Below, one piece after another: positions 28,126 to 41,636 of a DNA stretch of 64,000 nt. The notes under the pieces were generated by a model that was not told the DNA's origin, did no database searches, and saw only the letters and a list, made by a program, of their open reading frames with translations. The stretch is from contig NC_043008.1 of the NCBI RefSeq assembly GCF_006345805.1, positions 44,330,001-44,394,000 of the forward strand. The letters are read 5' to 3'. The position numbers were made by a program, and so were the translations under genes. The DNA comes from Octopus sinensis. Its lineage: Eukaryota. How positions within the stretch are numbered: position 1 is the stretch's first letter; every line of letters begins with the position of its first letter.

Positions 28126-28733
28126 TATAACAACAAAAGATCTCTAGGAGATAATGATGAGGATATCGGTCACCTCTGGTAAATCCAGGAAGTTTCCAAT
28201 TCATCTCGGAACAGTCTTCAAAAACACGTTTCATGTTACAAAGCAGGGTTATTAAGAACGTTAGGTAGGTTTCCGTTGATTATGCTTACTCATGAATCTA
28301 CACATAGTTTCCCCCCCCAGGGGGGATGAAACTCCTAGTGAAAGCACGCAGTGTGCTTTAAAGCAGATGGCTTCTAGTCAGGCGACCAACATAGGCCATG
28401 ATCAAGACAAATGTATTCCAGGTATGACCGTTTCATTTTCTTCAGTTGTTATTCTTTAGTTCAGGACAAATCTAGTTGAGTAAACCTGTAATCAAAAAGG
28501 ATTTGAAGCGATGTCAGGCATACATCTTCATATAAGCAAAAAGTCAGAAACACATGTCCTTTTTAATCTGCTGGCGTAAATTCTGAAAGCAGTTTGGCTG
28601 TTATATCTACCATGTCTTGTCAGGCCCTGCAGATGCGTTTCCATTGTTTCATTAGAAATATGTTATAGGGTCGGAGATTAAACTGCAACAGAGAGCGCTA
28701 GTTACATCTTTACTTGGAAATTCACTTAATCAG

Positions 28734-28906
28734 GTATGGAAAGATTTGAACCAGTCAGTGAAGTTACACAGGGGAGAAAAAATGGTTTCGAACCTTGTTA
28801 TATCCTCCGAGACCAGTGGGAAAAAAGGGAAAGTATTCTCAAACTGATAACGTGGTGGAAATACTGGCAAAAGAGCAGATTTTCCCAAATGCACATGAAG
28901 TCTCAG
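28734..28906 (+). other. Candidate exon (unknown product)
   Basis: Acceptor-like TTCACTTAATCAG| and donor CAG|GTGATG. Open frame MERFEPVSEV...MHMKSQ ends in phase 0. No recognised homology. Confidence 0.2.
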
Positions 28907-29402
28907 GTGATGGTTTGAAGTCATGCAACGGATTAGCTCCAACAAACACGTACGACATGTCGGGAAATAAACTCAAAATTCATCGACCTGGATCAAACAC
29001 TGGACTGGTGCCGGTACACGGCGAGTTTCCTGAAAAAAGAGAAACATTATAAGATACTTATAAAATGGTCGTAAAATGTTCAGGTACAATTGTATTATTT
29101 GTTTACAAAACAAATCGAACATTAAGAAATAGTCAATTTTTATTATTTTCAATATATGTATTGTTTCCGGTATAAATTGATATGAATAAGAAATATTACC
29201 GGTCCTTGGTACATTGGAAAAAAAAACGCCTTTAGGCCACATTAGATAGCTGGAGAAGCACTGCTGTACTGTATAGTTTTCTTTGGTTTTATGATTTACA
29301 CATATCATTTTATTATAAATGCAAAACAACACCAGGGAGGAAAGGACGTAAGCTTAAATAATAAACTGCAATAGGCGAACCGTGAAATGGCAAGGGTTTA
29401 CT

Positions 29403-29436
<34 letters not shown>

Positions 29437-29514
29437 GTATATATATACATATATATTTATTTATATATATACATATACACACACACACACACTATATATA
29501 TACACATTTATACA

Positions 29515-29599
<85 letters not shown>

Positions 29600-29617
29600 A
29601 AGATATATATATATTAT

Positions 29618-29664
<47 letters not shown>

Positions 29665-30556
29665 CATAGAATGTCGTAGCAGGTAAAACCATATATAACA
29701 GCTTGCAAATATTAAGTTGAAAATCCTTTTCGGTTGAAGAATTCGAAGCATCTTTTGATTTTTTTTTTTATGCAGAAAGGTCTTTCACCTCAGTTTTTAC
29801 ATCCTCTTACAGCTTTATGTGCTTCGAGCTATCTGTCCAAAAAACAATTATTTCGTGTAATCTCGAAAGTTTATAAATTTCATGACGAAAAGAATATGTA
29901 TGTATGCATGTATGTATGCTTGTACGTATGCATGCATGCCTGTAAGTATGTATGTATGCGTATATGTATTAATACTATATTCTTGATATTTATATCTGGA
30001 GAGGTTTTTAACGATTATTACAGCGTTTTATTTCGTTACCAGCTCTAAAGTTTAAACACTGGATATCGTCAAAATATCTCACCCGCATCTTTTATTTTCG
30101 TGTCTTGCTAATTGAGCATGCTGCAATTATATAACACAGTTAAACATGTCAGTTTGGAGGGAAAATTTATGCTATTCCAACTTCGAAAACAATTAAGATA
30201 TTTTTACAAATAAAATATTCATGCGTCTCATTTGCGGACGTATTTTTCTGTCTCTCAATTTTAATGTGAAATCCGTTTACTTAATCTCCCATGCCAATCA
30301 TAATTAAAATTCGTATAAAAATTATTATACACTTCAAAGTGATATCTTCGTTTTCAGAAATGAATGTGGAAAGAATGCAAATATTCCTGGTTTAATTTCC
30401 TTCAGGACACCTTCTCTATGACAGTTTGTGGGAATTCCTGTCAACAAACAGTCGCCTCATTCCGCTAACACGAATCTATTTTAAATCTCAATAAAGCTGC
30501 ATATTGTTTAATTACGGTGGACTGTCGAAAACCTGGACAGTAATTCTTTTCTCTAG

Positions 30557-30604
30557 GAACTCTTCGACCTCAGACGACAAAACAATTTCGTCAATGAAAT
30601 AAAG
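30557..30604 (+). other. Candidate 48-nt symmetric exon (ELFDLRRQNNFVNEIK)
   Basis: Strong acceptor TAATTCTTTTCTCTAG|, donor AAG|GTAATC, length divisible by 3, open in phase 0. Confidence 0.3.
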
Positions 30605-31211
30605 GTAATCTATCCGCCATTTCCTTCTCATGCTGAAAAAATATTTTGATCTCTAATTTTTCCCCAAAGCCCTCAAAGGTTACATGTTTTTAAACAATAA
30701 CATAATAGGCTGGATATCATTTACAGAGGTATTCAAAGCACTCGGAATATTTTTCTTACATTTCGAAAGACAATCATCAGTGATGAAGTTGGTACAGATG
30801 TGATTCCCATACAAACTGTAAAATATTTTCGCTAAATTCTAAACTCATTCACTTTGGCATAAGTATCTTCTTTGTTTACTAATAGAAATCTGTTGACATC
30901 TAAGATGTTTTATAAAACATGAAATTACTTGACTGGTTCATTGTCAATCATTATTTAAAATGTTAATATCAGTTGCCATTGTTGATTGTATGGGGGCGGG
31001 GGTAAATCTGTATCAAGATATGAATTATGTCTTTAAATCAAATATATTAAAACTGATTACAATATCTTATTCATATTTACACCTGACCTGTAAACATAGT
31101 TTATATTCGAGAATTTGTTGTAACTAATATCAATACACTTTATATTTTACATTGTAAGATAGATAACTTTAAGAACTCTCTATAAAATATGTAACGATAT
31201 TTAAATCCGGC

Positions 31212-31445
31212 AAAGCGGCGAGCTGGCAGAATCGTTAGCACGCCGAGCGAAATGTTTAGCGGTATTTCGTCTGCCTCAACGTTCTCAGTTCAAATTCCGC
31301 CAAGGTCGACTTTGTCTTTCGTCCTTTCGGGTCGATTAAATAAGTACCAGTTACGCACTGGGGTAGATATAATCGACTTAATCCGTTAGTCTGTCCTTGT
31401 TTCTCCTCTCTGCGTTTAGCCCCTTGTGGGTAGTAAAACAAATAG
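31212..31445 (+). mobile_element. SINE family B (tail B1), full length with 16-bp TSD
   Basis: GATATTTAAATCCGGC is repeated at 31196-31211 and 31445-31460. Confidence 0.9.
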
Positions 31446-33282
31446 ATATTTAAATCCGGCGTGATTCGGAAATTGTGCTCGGTAATTAGCATTTCCTGTC
31501 ATCCGCTCCCTAGTTTCTATTAACCTGTCTCTGTAATTGTCCCCCTCTCACTTGACGAAGCATGATATTCCGGAAAGTAAATTCTTTATTATTTACGCTG
31601 ACCACATAAAATCAATTACTTTTTGCTGCAATTTCTTTCTTTCGATTTTCTCTTGGTTTTGAAACGTTTTGACAAATAGAATAGGACTTCGTGTAGTTGA
31701 CTATACAATAAATGGTCATGGCTAAATAGATAATGAGTGAAATCAGAAAAAATAAATTTAAGTGAAATAAAGGTTAGATGACAGGATTGGTACATCGATG
31801 AAGAAAATTCATCAGCTATCTAGTTGATATCCCTAACACTATTAGAATTCCTGGAGAATGACACGTCGATATCTATCCAATGTCTATAAATATTAGTCAC
31901 AATAACTTTCTCCTAAGTCATTAATTTACTAGAGAATGTATTTCCGATTTCTTGTAATTAGCTCTTTTTCTGATAAAATTTTGAATATGAAAGAAGCTAG
32001 GGTGGTTACTCTGGTAGCTCACAATGCATCTAGAGAAAAGATTCCCCAAAATTAACGGGCCTGAAAAGCCTCAACACCCTGGCGTCGATATTGTTTCACG
32101 CGGGTTAGTTCAACTTAGGTAATGTCAGATGCAGAAGCTTCAATTTTTCTCGTTAAAATATTATATGGCATGTTTCTTATTGAACCTGTTGGCGGATGCC
32201 TCTACAAGGCGGCTCATGCAGAAAAACTCCATTGATGTCTACCAAGGATTTTGCTCGGTTGTGGTACTCCGCTCAATCTGCCACAAGGGTAGAAATACTT
32301 CACAGAAGTAAGCATCACAAATTGTAATTCTTTTCTAACCAAGTTTCTGTGAAACTGCATTGGTTTTGCTTCTGTCATTGTTGAAATAATGAAGAATTTA
32401 TAGAAATAATTTTCTTACTGTTAAGCTGGTGATTGACTCAGATGGAAGTATTGAAGTGGTTTATAATTAGGAACACTTATAAATTACCAAATTTGTATGG
32501 TAGAAATAAGCGGAACCAGAAGCGAGTTTCAATCAAAATTGTTTACCTATTTCTATGCACAATATTTCTTTAAATTCATTCGATTTTGTTCCGAAGTATG
32601 TATTGTTACATTTAAAAGCAAATTACCAACGCACTATAACATGATACAACAAAAGCATGAAGGAAATTCATTATGTTCAGAGCGGGCCTGCAACTCTCAT
32701 CAACATGCATAGAAAACTCGAATCTATAGAAGCAACAGCAGTAAAATTACTCTCACCTGAAACTCTGCTGTGTAAAATAAAGGCCATTAGATAAGTTTTG
32801 CCTACATAACCCCGAAGATAGAAACATTTCAAAGACAACAAACACATGGAGGTTGTTTTATGAGAGAGTAAAGAGAAATTTATGGAAGCGAGTTATTATA
32901 GTTTAACATTACAATTGGCGAATCATTAACGGATTGTTATAAAGGTGATGAATCTATGAAGGCGGGATGGCCATGGTAGGTACTAGCGATAATGGATCTT
33001 AGTAAATAACAACAATATTCATAATAATTTGTATTGAGTTTATGGTATGATCCATTTTGTCACAATGCCTTTCATCACACCTACGCTTTATATGTAACTC
33101 ACGTGGTTTTCTTCTCATAAAGGTGGTGGTGTTGTTGTTGCTACGCACACGCACATATATATATGTGTGTGTGTGTGTAAGTATAAGTACAAATTTTTAT
33201 AAATATATTTATATGTGTGTGTGAGTGTGTATCTTTGTATGCATGTATGTATATTGTATATATGTATATTTATATATATATA

Positions 33283-33324
<42 letters not shown>

Positions 33325-33439
33325 TATTGAGAGAAAAGTCAGAAGTTTGGAAATTCTGACGATTTGGAGAAATAAAAATCCTTTTATTTCTTCATTATTA
33401 TTAGCGCTTTCGTTCCTCTCTAGAATTTGTCAAATAAAT

Positions 33440-33476
<37 letters not shown>

Positions 33477-33849
33477 AGCAAAAAACAAAAACATCTGGTT
33501 CTAAATTCTCTCTCTACAAATTTTAGGATTTTAAGACGACTTATTTTTTGCGCCTGTTGCAAGATCAGCGAGTGTGAGTCGGTTGACTTTATGAATATTG
33601 CGAGCAGAAACAAGCTAAGGTCGTCTCTAGCAGCTGAGGTGTCAAGTACCGTAGAGAGGCAGAAATGGCCGTAAACCAGGCTGTCCTGCTGGTTCCGTCG
33701 CTTGACGTTGGTAGGGGTTCGCTCCCCTGCTCGCAATATCTCTGATGCAGTTGTTTATCGTTAATCAGCTTCAGGGGATGTCCTCTTGAGATTACAAAAT
33801 TGCAGTAAAGTCCGTTCGACCGGAACAGACATGATGAAGGGGCTACGAA

Positions 33850-34088
33850 TATATGTATAGTTAATCCAAACATGAACATGCAAGAAAAAACAACAACGCG
33901 AGGACGTGGAATAAGCTCGGTGTTATTGGACGCTCTGGAAAGGAAAGAAAAGAAAGTGGATTTCACGTTTCGAGGTGTTCTCTTCGTCAGAAATATACAA
34001 AAAGTCCATTGAAGGGAAGATGGAGAAAGAAAATCGGCAACGATACACACCCGGTCACATATTGAATATATACATATTGAATATATGT

Positions 34089-34090
<2 letters not shown>
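33850..34090 (-). mobile_element. Penelope pseudo-LTR-like repeat with canonical hammerhead core
   Basis: Minus strand at ~33963-33990 reads CTGACGA-A-GAG(AACAC)CTC-GAAAC-GTG. Loosely related to the 16258 and 38145 repeats. Confidence 0.6.
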
Positions 34091-34159
<69 letters not shown>

Positions 34160-34164
34160 TTAAA

Positions 34165-34332
34165 ATTAGAGACAAAACCACTATTATGCAAATCAAACAA
34201 AGAAATACTTAAGCCAATACATTAAATAATTTATATAGATTAAATTTTAATTAAATTAATTTATATAAATTATTTTATGTATTGGCTTAGTCTTTCTTTG
34301 TTTGATTTGCATAATAGTGGTTTGTCTCTAAT
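34165..34332. repeat. Near-perfect 168-bp palindrome
   Basis: ATTAGAGACAAAACCACTATTATGCAAATCAAACAAAGAAA... pairs with ...TTTCTTTGTTTGATTTGCATAATAGTGGTTTGTCTCTAAT; centre ~34250. Confidence 0.9.
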
Positions 34333-34420
34333 ATAATATAATATAATATTTTACTATAAAATTGGATTCAATCCTAAATCTGATTTTTCTGTAAGTGATT
34401 TATTTAATTTTATTATATAT

Positions 34421-34484
<64 letters not shown>

Positions 34485-34583
34485 GCTATATACGTGTATA
34501 TATATATATGTGTGTGTTACGTATGTATATATATATACATATAAATGTATATATATACTAATATACGTATCTATACCTACATA

Positions 34584-34615
<32 letters not shown>

Positions 34616-35540
34616 AGATAGATATACATACGTACACACCCATATATACGCATGAGTTATGATATTTATTTATGCTATAAATGAGAAACAGCATTATCTC
34701 CCAAAAGTGTATAGTAATCTATCTATTTTGTATCATGAATATGACAATATTGGTTCTACATTGTAAATTAAGCTCAAAATAATATCGATATAACTATATA
34801 AGTAAAAATGGATCCAAACGCACATAAAAATCCATGTATGCATACATACATACATGCAGATATGTATGTACATATATCCTCACAAAAACATTTATACATA
34901 CATACATGTTCATGTATATATATATATGCATGCATATATGTATATACGTATACATATATACATATAAATGCCTGTATAGATACATGTGTGTGTGTATAGG
35001 TATTGTTTTAAATTCATGACATGCATTAAATGATAATTACTTTGAGCTATCAATTAGATTTAGTTTACTAACTTTAGACGGGTGTATAAAATCAATAAAA
35101 CATACGTAAACACACATGCATATGCTGTGAACATACGTATATATATACATGTGTTGTGCATGTGTGCGTGCTCTGACTGTTAGTATACGTATGTATGTAT
35201 AATAATCAATGTGTATATATATATATATATATTTATCGGTGATATTATTTATTGTCGTTCGTATCTCCCCTTCGTAATGAAACGAACGATTGGTTTAGAA
35301 CTCAGTTCCAGTGTGGGTCAGTATCTTTAACTATTTCTAATATCACTCTGGGCCGATTCATGTTTTATTATTGAGAAACTATACAGAATGAAGCCTTATA
35401 CACATACACATAGACATATAGACACATACACACACGTGCATATTTACATGTATTTCTTTGAAAGAAATACACGCAAAGATAAACACACATGCTTTCCCAC
35501 ACTCGTACACCTACGTGAATGTATGTGTTCATATATATAT

Positions 35541-35908
35541 ACTCTTTTACTCTTTTACTCTTTTACTTGTTTCAGTCATTTGACTGCGGCCATGCTGGAG
35601 CACCGCCTTTAGTCGATCAAATCGACCCCGGGACTTATTCTTTGTAAGCCCAGTACTTATTCTATCGGTCTCTTTTGCCAGCATCAGTTGTTGAGCAATG
35701 CTGGGGGACAAACACAGACACACAATCCCCCCATACACATATATATATACATATATACGACAGGCTTCATTCAGTTTCCGTCTACCAAATCCACTCACAA
35801 GGCATTGGTCGGCCTGGGGCTATAGCAGAAGACACTTGCCCAAGATGCCACGCAGTGGGACTGAACCCAGAACCATGTGGTTGGTTAGCAAGCTACTTAC
35901 CACACAGT
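35541..35908 (-). mobile_element. SINE family A with internal deletion
   Basis: Reverse complement of family A with (CTCTTTTA)n tail; lacks ~30 bp between CTCTTTTGCC and AGCATC. Confidence 0.9.
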
Positions 35909-35911
35909 TAT

Positions 35912-35960
35912 ATGATGATGATGATGAGGATGATGATGATGATAATAATAATAATAATAA

Positions 35961-36004
<44 letters not shown>

Positions 36005-36035
36005 TAATAATAACAACAACAACAACAACAATGAA

Positions 36036-36077
<42 letters not shown>

Positions 36078-36078
36078 T
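35912..36078. repeat. (GAT)n-(AAT)n-(AAC)n compound microsatellite
   Basis: Read directly from the sequence. Confidence 0.9.
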
Positions 36079-36600
36079 TATACTATGATGGAGAAAGCTG
36101 CTTATTAATTAGGGATGCAACAATTACTAAAACTACGTAATGAAATCAATCATTAAAGGGTTGACCGTTTGGAAATATTCTTATAAATTCATGTTCTGAG
36201 AAATTTCCTAGAATTTCGATTTTTGAAGTTTATGGAAGTTTATGAAGTTTTTGCTCGTAAATTTAAATATTCATTGCATTCACTCCGTCCAATTCTTCAC
36301 AGATTTAAATATTTATTGCATTCACTTTCTCTTTTAAGTTTTAATTTGCTATTTGGAAAACCGATAGTTTATCTTATTAATGTATTGGTTATGTAAAATC
36401 ATTATTTACTCAATGAAAATTATTTAAAATTCTCGCATAATCTTTGAACGCGGGATAGCTGTAAGAGGAGCCTAGAAAGTTGGGTAATTACTATTAGAAA
36501 ACGGGGAAAACAAGCAGTTACCGTCAAGTACTCGAAGCTTGCAACTTTTTTACAGCTTCCAAACATTCTATACCACTAAACCAATATATACATAAACAAA

Positions 36601-37015
36601 AGGCGGCGAGCTGGTAGAAACGTTAGCACGCCGGGCGAAATTCGTAGCCGTATTTCGTCTGTCGTTACGTTCCGAGTTCAAATTCCGCCGAGGTCGACTT
36701 TGCCTTTCATCCTTTCGGGGTCGATAAATCAAGTACCAGTTATGCACTGGGGTCGATGTAATCGACTTAATACCTATGTCTGTCCTTGTTTGTCCCCTCT
36801 GTGTTTAGCCCCTTGTGCGTAATAAAGAAATAGGTATTTCGTCTGTCGTTACGTTCTGAGTTCAAATTCCGCCGAGGTCGACTTTGCCTTTCATCCTTTC
36901 GGGGTCGATAAATAAAGTACAAGTTTCGCACTGGGGTTGATGTAATCAACTTAATCCTTTTGTCTGTCCTTGTTTGTGCCATCTATGTTTAGCCCCTTGT
37001 GGGCAGTAAAGAAAT
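36601..37015 (+). mobile_element. SINE family B head-to-tail dimer (full copy 36601-36832 plus 5'-truncated copy 36833-37015)
   Basis: Second unit restarts at internal GTATTTCGTCTG directly after the AAATAG end. Degenerate flanking repeat TATATAC(AT/GC)AAACAA. Confidence 0.9.
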
Positions 37016-37285
37016 GTATATACGCAAACAAGTTGCACGAGCGACTTCAACAGTGACATACGCACACACACCAATACACTCTCGCGCACACACATATATA
37101 CACAAATGAAAGTTAATGAATGTGTGTGTGTGCGTGTATGTGTTTGTGTATGCGTGTATATGTGTGCTCACTGACAAAACTTCGTGCTGCATCACTTTTG
37201 TGACGTTTTGTAAGTGAACAGGTCACGGTTTCAAAGCGACGAAAATATTTTGACACAAATGAAATTTTGATGTTGAAGTGAAACT

Positions 37286-37484
37286 GGTACTGCTGAAATA
37301 TAGAGGTCCCTTAAAGGTACTACTTAAATATAGGTGTTACGTACAAATCGTTTTAAATGTATGCTGTGTAGGCGTGTAATGACACCCTAGCCCTAACCCT
37401 AACCCTAAACGGTAACCCTAATACTAACCGTCCGCTTCATATCATTACGTAGATGCATCGGGACCTCTGTATTTATGTGGTGCT
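37286..37484. mobile_element. Small inverted-repeat element containing telomere-like (CCCTAA)n
   Basis: AAATATAGAGGTCCC (37296-37310) pairs with GGGACCTCTGTATTT (37460-37474); CCCTAG/CCCTAA repeats at 37385-37429. Confidence 0.55.
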
Positions 37485-38094
37485 TATATTTTTATATATT
37501 TTTACGTTATTCAATTTTTACTTGATCTGTGTTTTATATTTTTTATCTCTTGTTTATTTTTCGCTATTAGTTTAAATAAATCATGATGAATCCCTTAATT
37601 TCTGTTGACCACGTTATCTTAATTAATGTGTGTTGATATGTGAAGAAATGTTTTGTTTTTAAACTATACTCAAACGTTTACACTTTCCTGACAAAATCAA
37701 TGTAATTTCGTCCACACTCAGCCTTCCATACTTTGTGTATTATATTGCGCAGATTTCATGTGTATATTTAGAGTTGAAGTGTTGATGTAACGACGATATT
37801 TTCCTGACCTGATAACCAGTTTGTTTTTAATTACTACAACTTGTGAATAGACAACAGTATTGTAAAGTAGTGGATAAACATACTAATGCAAACACGTTGC
37901 GTGTAACTTCTTGTTTACTGAAATTAATAATACACAAAGGAACTATCGAAACAGCCGTAACCCTATGGAAAACACACGAATACATATATAATAAACACAA
38001 TATATGTTTTCATGTTTTTATCTTTATCAAATAATATTTATCTCTCCCCAGATGGAGCACTTTATTGTTGATCTTACCATCACGGAACAGTACA

Positions 38095-38144
<50 letters not shown>

Positions 38145-38146
<2 letters not shown>

Positions 38147-38325
38147 GATAGATCGTTAGCCACTTCACACATTTTTTTCTCTCCTTGTTTTTTCTGTGTC
38201 CCGTTCTGTAGAAGAGCGTAGGCTCGAAACGTAAAAGTCTTTTACTATTCATGAGCGTTATACTAATACATCTGTTTGTTTTGTACACTACCTATCTTCG
38301 TCTTTTGTTTTTTTCGTAAACCCTT
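38145..38325 (+). mobile_element. Penelope pseudo-LTR-like repeat with hammerhead-like motif
   Basis: CTGTAGAA-GAGC(GTAG)GCTC-GAAAC-GTAAAAG(T)CTTTTAC at 38206-38245; homologous to 16258-16458 and to a fragment at ~24385-24450. Confidence 0.6.
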
Positions 38326-38415
<90 letters not shown>

Positions 38416-39027
38416 TTCCTAAGATGTTATTTTGATATACTCTTCACAAAATAATTTTATCTCACGGATTTTCCGGATTTTCAATTACATGAACATTTCA
38501 CATTTCCTTACTTTCAGAATTAATTCCTGCGTGAATTGACTACCGAGTCCGTACGAGGAGTTTACAGTAACAGTAGCATGATTTTCTGAAAGCGTATCCT
38601 ATATAATACACATTGATATATACATATATATGCGTATATCTGAAATGAATAAACTAATGAAATCATTTGCTATCAAATACATTATCCGGTTACGATCGTT
38701 TTAATAACAGAGATATCATTGACAATAGTGGAATCAATACAGGCTATGATTATGTAATATTCTGCGATATTAAATCGGAACAATATCTGTCATCTCCTCA
38801 ACACCTGCAGACGATGCTTGCATACCTGTATACATACATACATACATACAGACAGACATGCATGTGTGTATGCGTGTATGTATGTGTGCATATGTGTATA
38901 CTGTTAATTTCGAGGTAAATCATCTTTATGCATTTAGTGACATTCCTTGCAATAATTTCCTAATCAAGGCGTTAGCTAATTATGTCATCATTTATATATC
39001 ATTAAGCTTTATAATAGGTGGATACAT

Positions 39028-39086
<59 letters not shown>

Positions 39087-39093
39087 CATATAA

Positions 39094-39136
<43 letters not shown>

Positions 39137-39331
39137 GTATATACATATAAATACATAGATACACACACACACACATATATATATATATATGTATATACAT
39201 ATAAATACATACATATATATATATATAGATATATATATATATATATATATAGGAGAAGAACACAACCCCACCATTTACTGACTTATATATATATATATAA
39301 TTACGTATATACATACGTATAATATGAACAT

Positions 39332-39385
<54 letters not shown>

Positions 39386-39993
39386 TTGATATATACGATT
39401 CACCTATATTCATATATAGTTCGGAACATATTCCATAATTCCATAAATTTATACAGGTAAATATGTTTGCATTCATATGTGGCACCAGGAACGTATAACC
39501 ACATACACACACACGTACACACACGCCTATATATAGACATATATACATATACATGCACACACAAACATTCTGTGTACTATAGAGTAAGCTCTCATGTACA
39601 ATACGGTACCCAATAATTTCTACTGTAAGCATGACAAAAATTAATAAAACAAGTGATACAGCTATGAATCGTTTATTGCTTATGTAATAGCTCTGATCAA
39701 TCTATAAGCTATATTTACGTTAAGAAATAACACAAGCATTCACGTAGGCTAATACAATACAGATGAGAGAGAATCTAAGGTGATTTCCATTACGTTAGTC
39801 GTTCAGCCTTTAACTTCGGCAAATAAAAGCAAAATTGTTATTATATTCTATTTAAATCAATGGAAATGTGTAGGCGTCAGCTGCTTTGTTGAACAGTCAT
39901 AATGTCAAATAGACATACGTATGTATATGTATGTATGTATGTACGTATGTATGTATGTATGTATATATATATATATAATATATATATATATAT

Positions 39994-40059
<66 letters not shown>

Positions 40060-40791
40060 GTGTGTATATCTATATATGCAGACACACATCTACACACATA
40101 TACACATATATGTTTATATGTATATTATACAGTTCTATGTGTGTTTTGCGTGTGTTGGTGCTTTGTAGTTTTTGTACAGAGAACAAATATTTCGTAACTA
40201 TATTGTGCGTGGGTGAGTTGGCTCTTTATCAGAAAGATACGCGAATAATTGTTAATACTATAAAGCTAAAAAATATTGACTCCATTTTCGTTTACGCCAT
40301 CTTTTTCTGGAATACTACTCTGTGGACATTCAATTTACTTTATTAGCAACTTGTAAACAACTATATGATCTGCTTTAAATAGCAGCCAGATCTCCCCCAG
40401 TTCATAAGCCCAAAGGGATCTCTCTAATGTATCCCTATTTCAAAAGCAGTACGCTTCGTATCATATGGTTTTGCGTTAATTTCGATTATTCCAGATTAGG
40501 AATAGTTGCGGCGAGGATACATCTGCTTTTTAAATCTGGTGGATTTGCTCCCAGCTGGATAAAATATTTTAAATATCCGATCCAGTAAATTCATGTCATT
40601 TCAAACATGTAAATATTACATTTCGGAAATTGATATCCTAGAGGTCATCTCAAGATATTTGAAATTGCATTCTTCCTTTCATACAAATGTCACATCCCGG
40701 ATATTGCTCAGCGAAAACGGTAGGGGAACGCAGTTGTTTGCGAAAATATAAGTATCAAAAAATGTATTAAAAACATACTGAATGCTATCAA

Positions 40792-40895
40792 GGTATACTC
40801 ACCCAGGTATGACGATTCTACGTTTCGTGCTCACCCTGGGCGTTATACTCACTCAGCCATTACACTCACTCAGGTGTCATACTCACCTAGGCGTT
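40792..40895. repeat. Degenerate minisatellite with TACTCAC(C/T)CAGG units
   Basis: Five related units: TATACTCACCCAGG, TGCTCACCCTGG, TATACTCACTCAG, TACACTCACTCAGG, CATACTCACCTAGG. Confidence 0.7.
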
Positions 40896-41274
40896 CGATT
40901 TTACTTTTTAAGAAATGAATAAGAAAATTGGCTGCAAATACTAGCAAGTGGAACTTTTCTGTTAACTCGTGTTTGTGTTGGTCTTGAGGCTGGAACATAA
41001 TTTGACTGATACTTCGTTGCCATTTCTATTAGCCCATTAACCCATTTCTATTAGCCCATTAACCCATTTCTATCTATTAAACTCTGAGTTCACATATGTC
41101 ATAGAAAGAGCCACAAATTTGTTTAATGAGATAATCAAAACGGTGGCAACTTTCTTGTTGGCTCTGTCGTAAAGGCGCGTCAGTAAAAGGACTGATATGT
41201 GCTGGAAAATAGAGAGCGAATTATAAAATAAATTCATTTTATATTTACAGTTCTATATTTAAGAGATGAGGGAT

Positions 41275-41421
41275 TATGTACATTATTTATATTTGACGGA
41301 TATTTGTCCTCATCTTGTTTGTTGTTATCACAATGTTTCGGATGATATACTCTCCAGCTATCATCAGATATATTGGGGAAATTTCGAACCTGGTGTCTCA
41401 TTCCCACGGTACTTTTCGATG

Positions 41422-41470
<49 letters not shown>

Positions 41471-41472
41471 TA

Positions 41473-41506
<34 letters not shown>

Positions 41507-41636
41507 GAATCTGGAATTAGAAGCCAGGTTCGAAAATCCCCAAGGCTGGAGGGTATATCACCCGAAACGTTGTTGTAACAACAAACAAAATGAGGAGAAA
41601 TATCCGTCAAATGTAAATAATGTAAATAATGTACAT
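41275..41636. mobile_element. Inverted pair of hammerhead-bearing Penelope pseudo-LTR-like arms flanking (ATT)n
   Basis: 41275-41405 is the inverse of 41512-41636. Left arm on the minus strand has CTGATGA...GAAAC; right arm lacks the CTGATGA segment. Confidence 0.7.

Noticed and set aside
27400-28182. Asp-rich or Met-rich low-complexity protein
   Set aside because: The poly-Asp frame is interrupted by stops; the sequence is a decayed (GAT)n microsatellite.
40792-41075. CRISPR-like array
   Set aside because: Units are short and degenerate with no regular unique spacers, in a eukaryotic context with no cas genes; 41020-41073 is a simple 22-bp tandem duplication.
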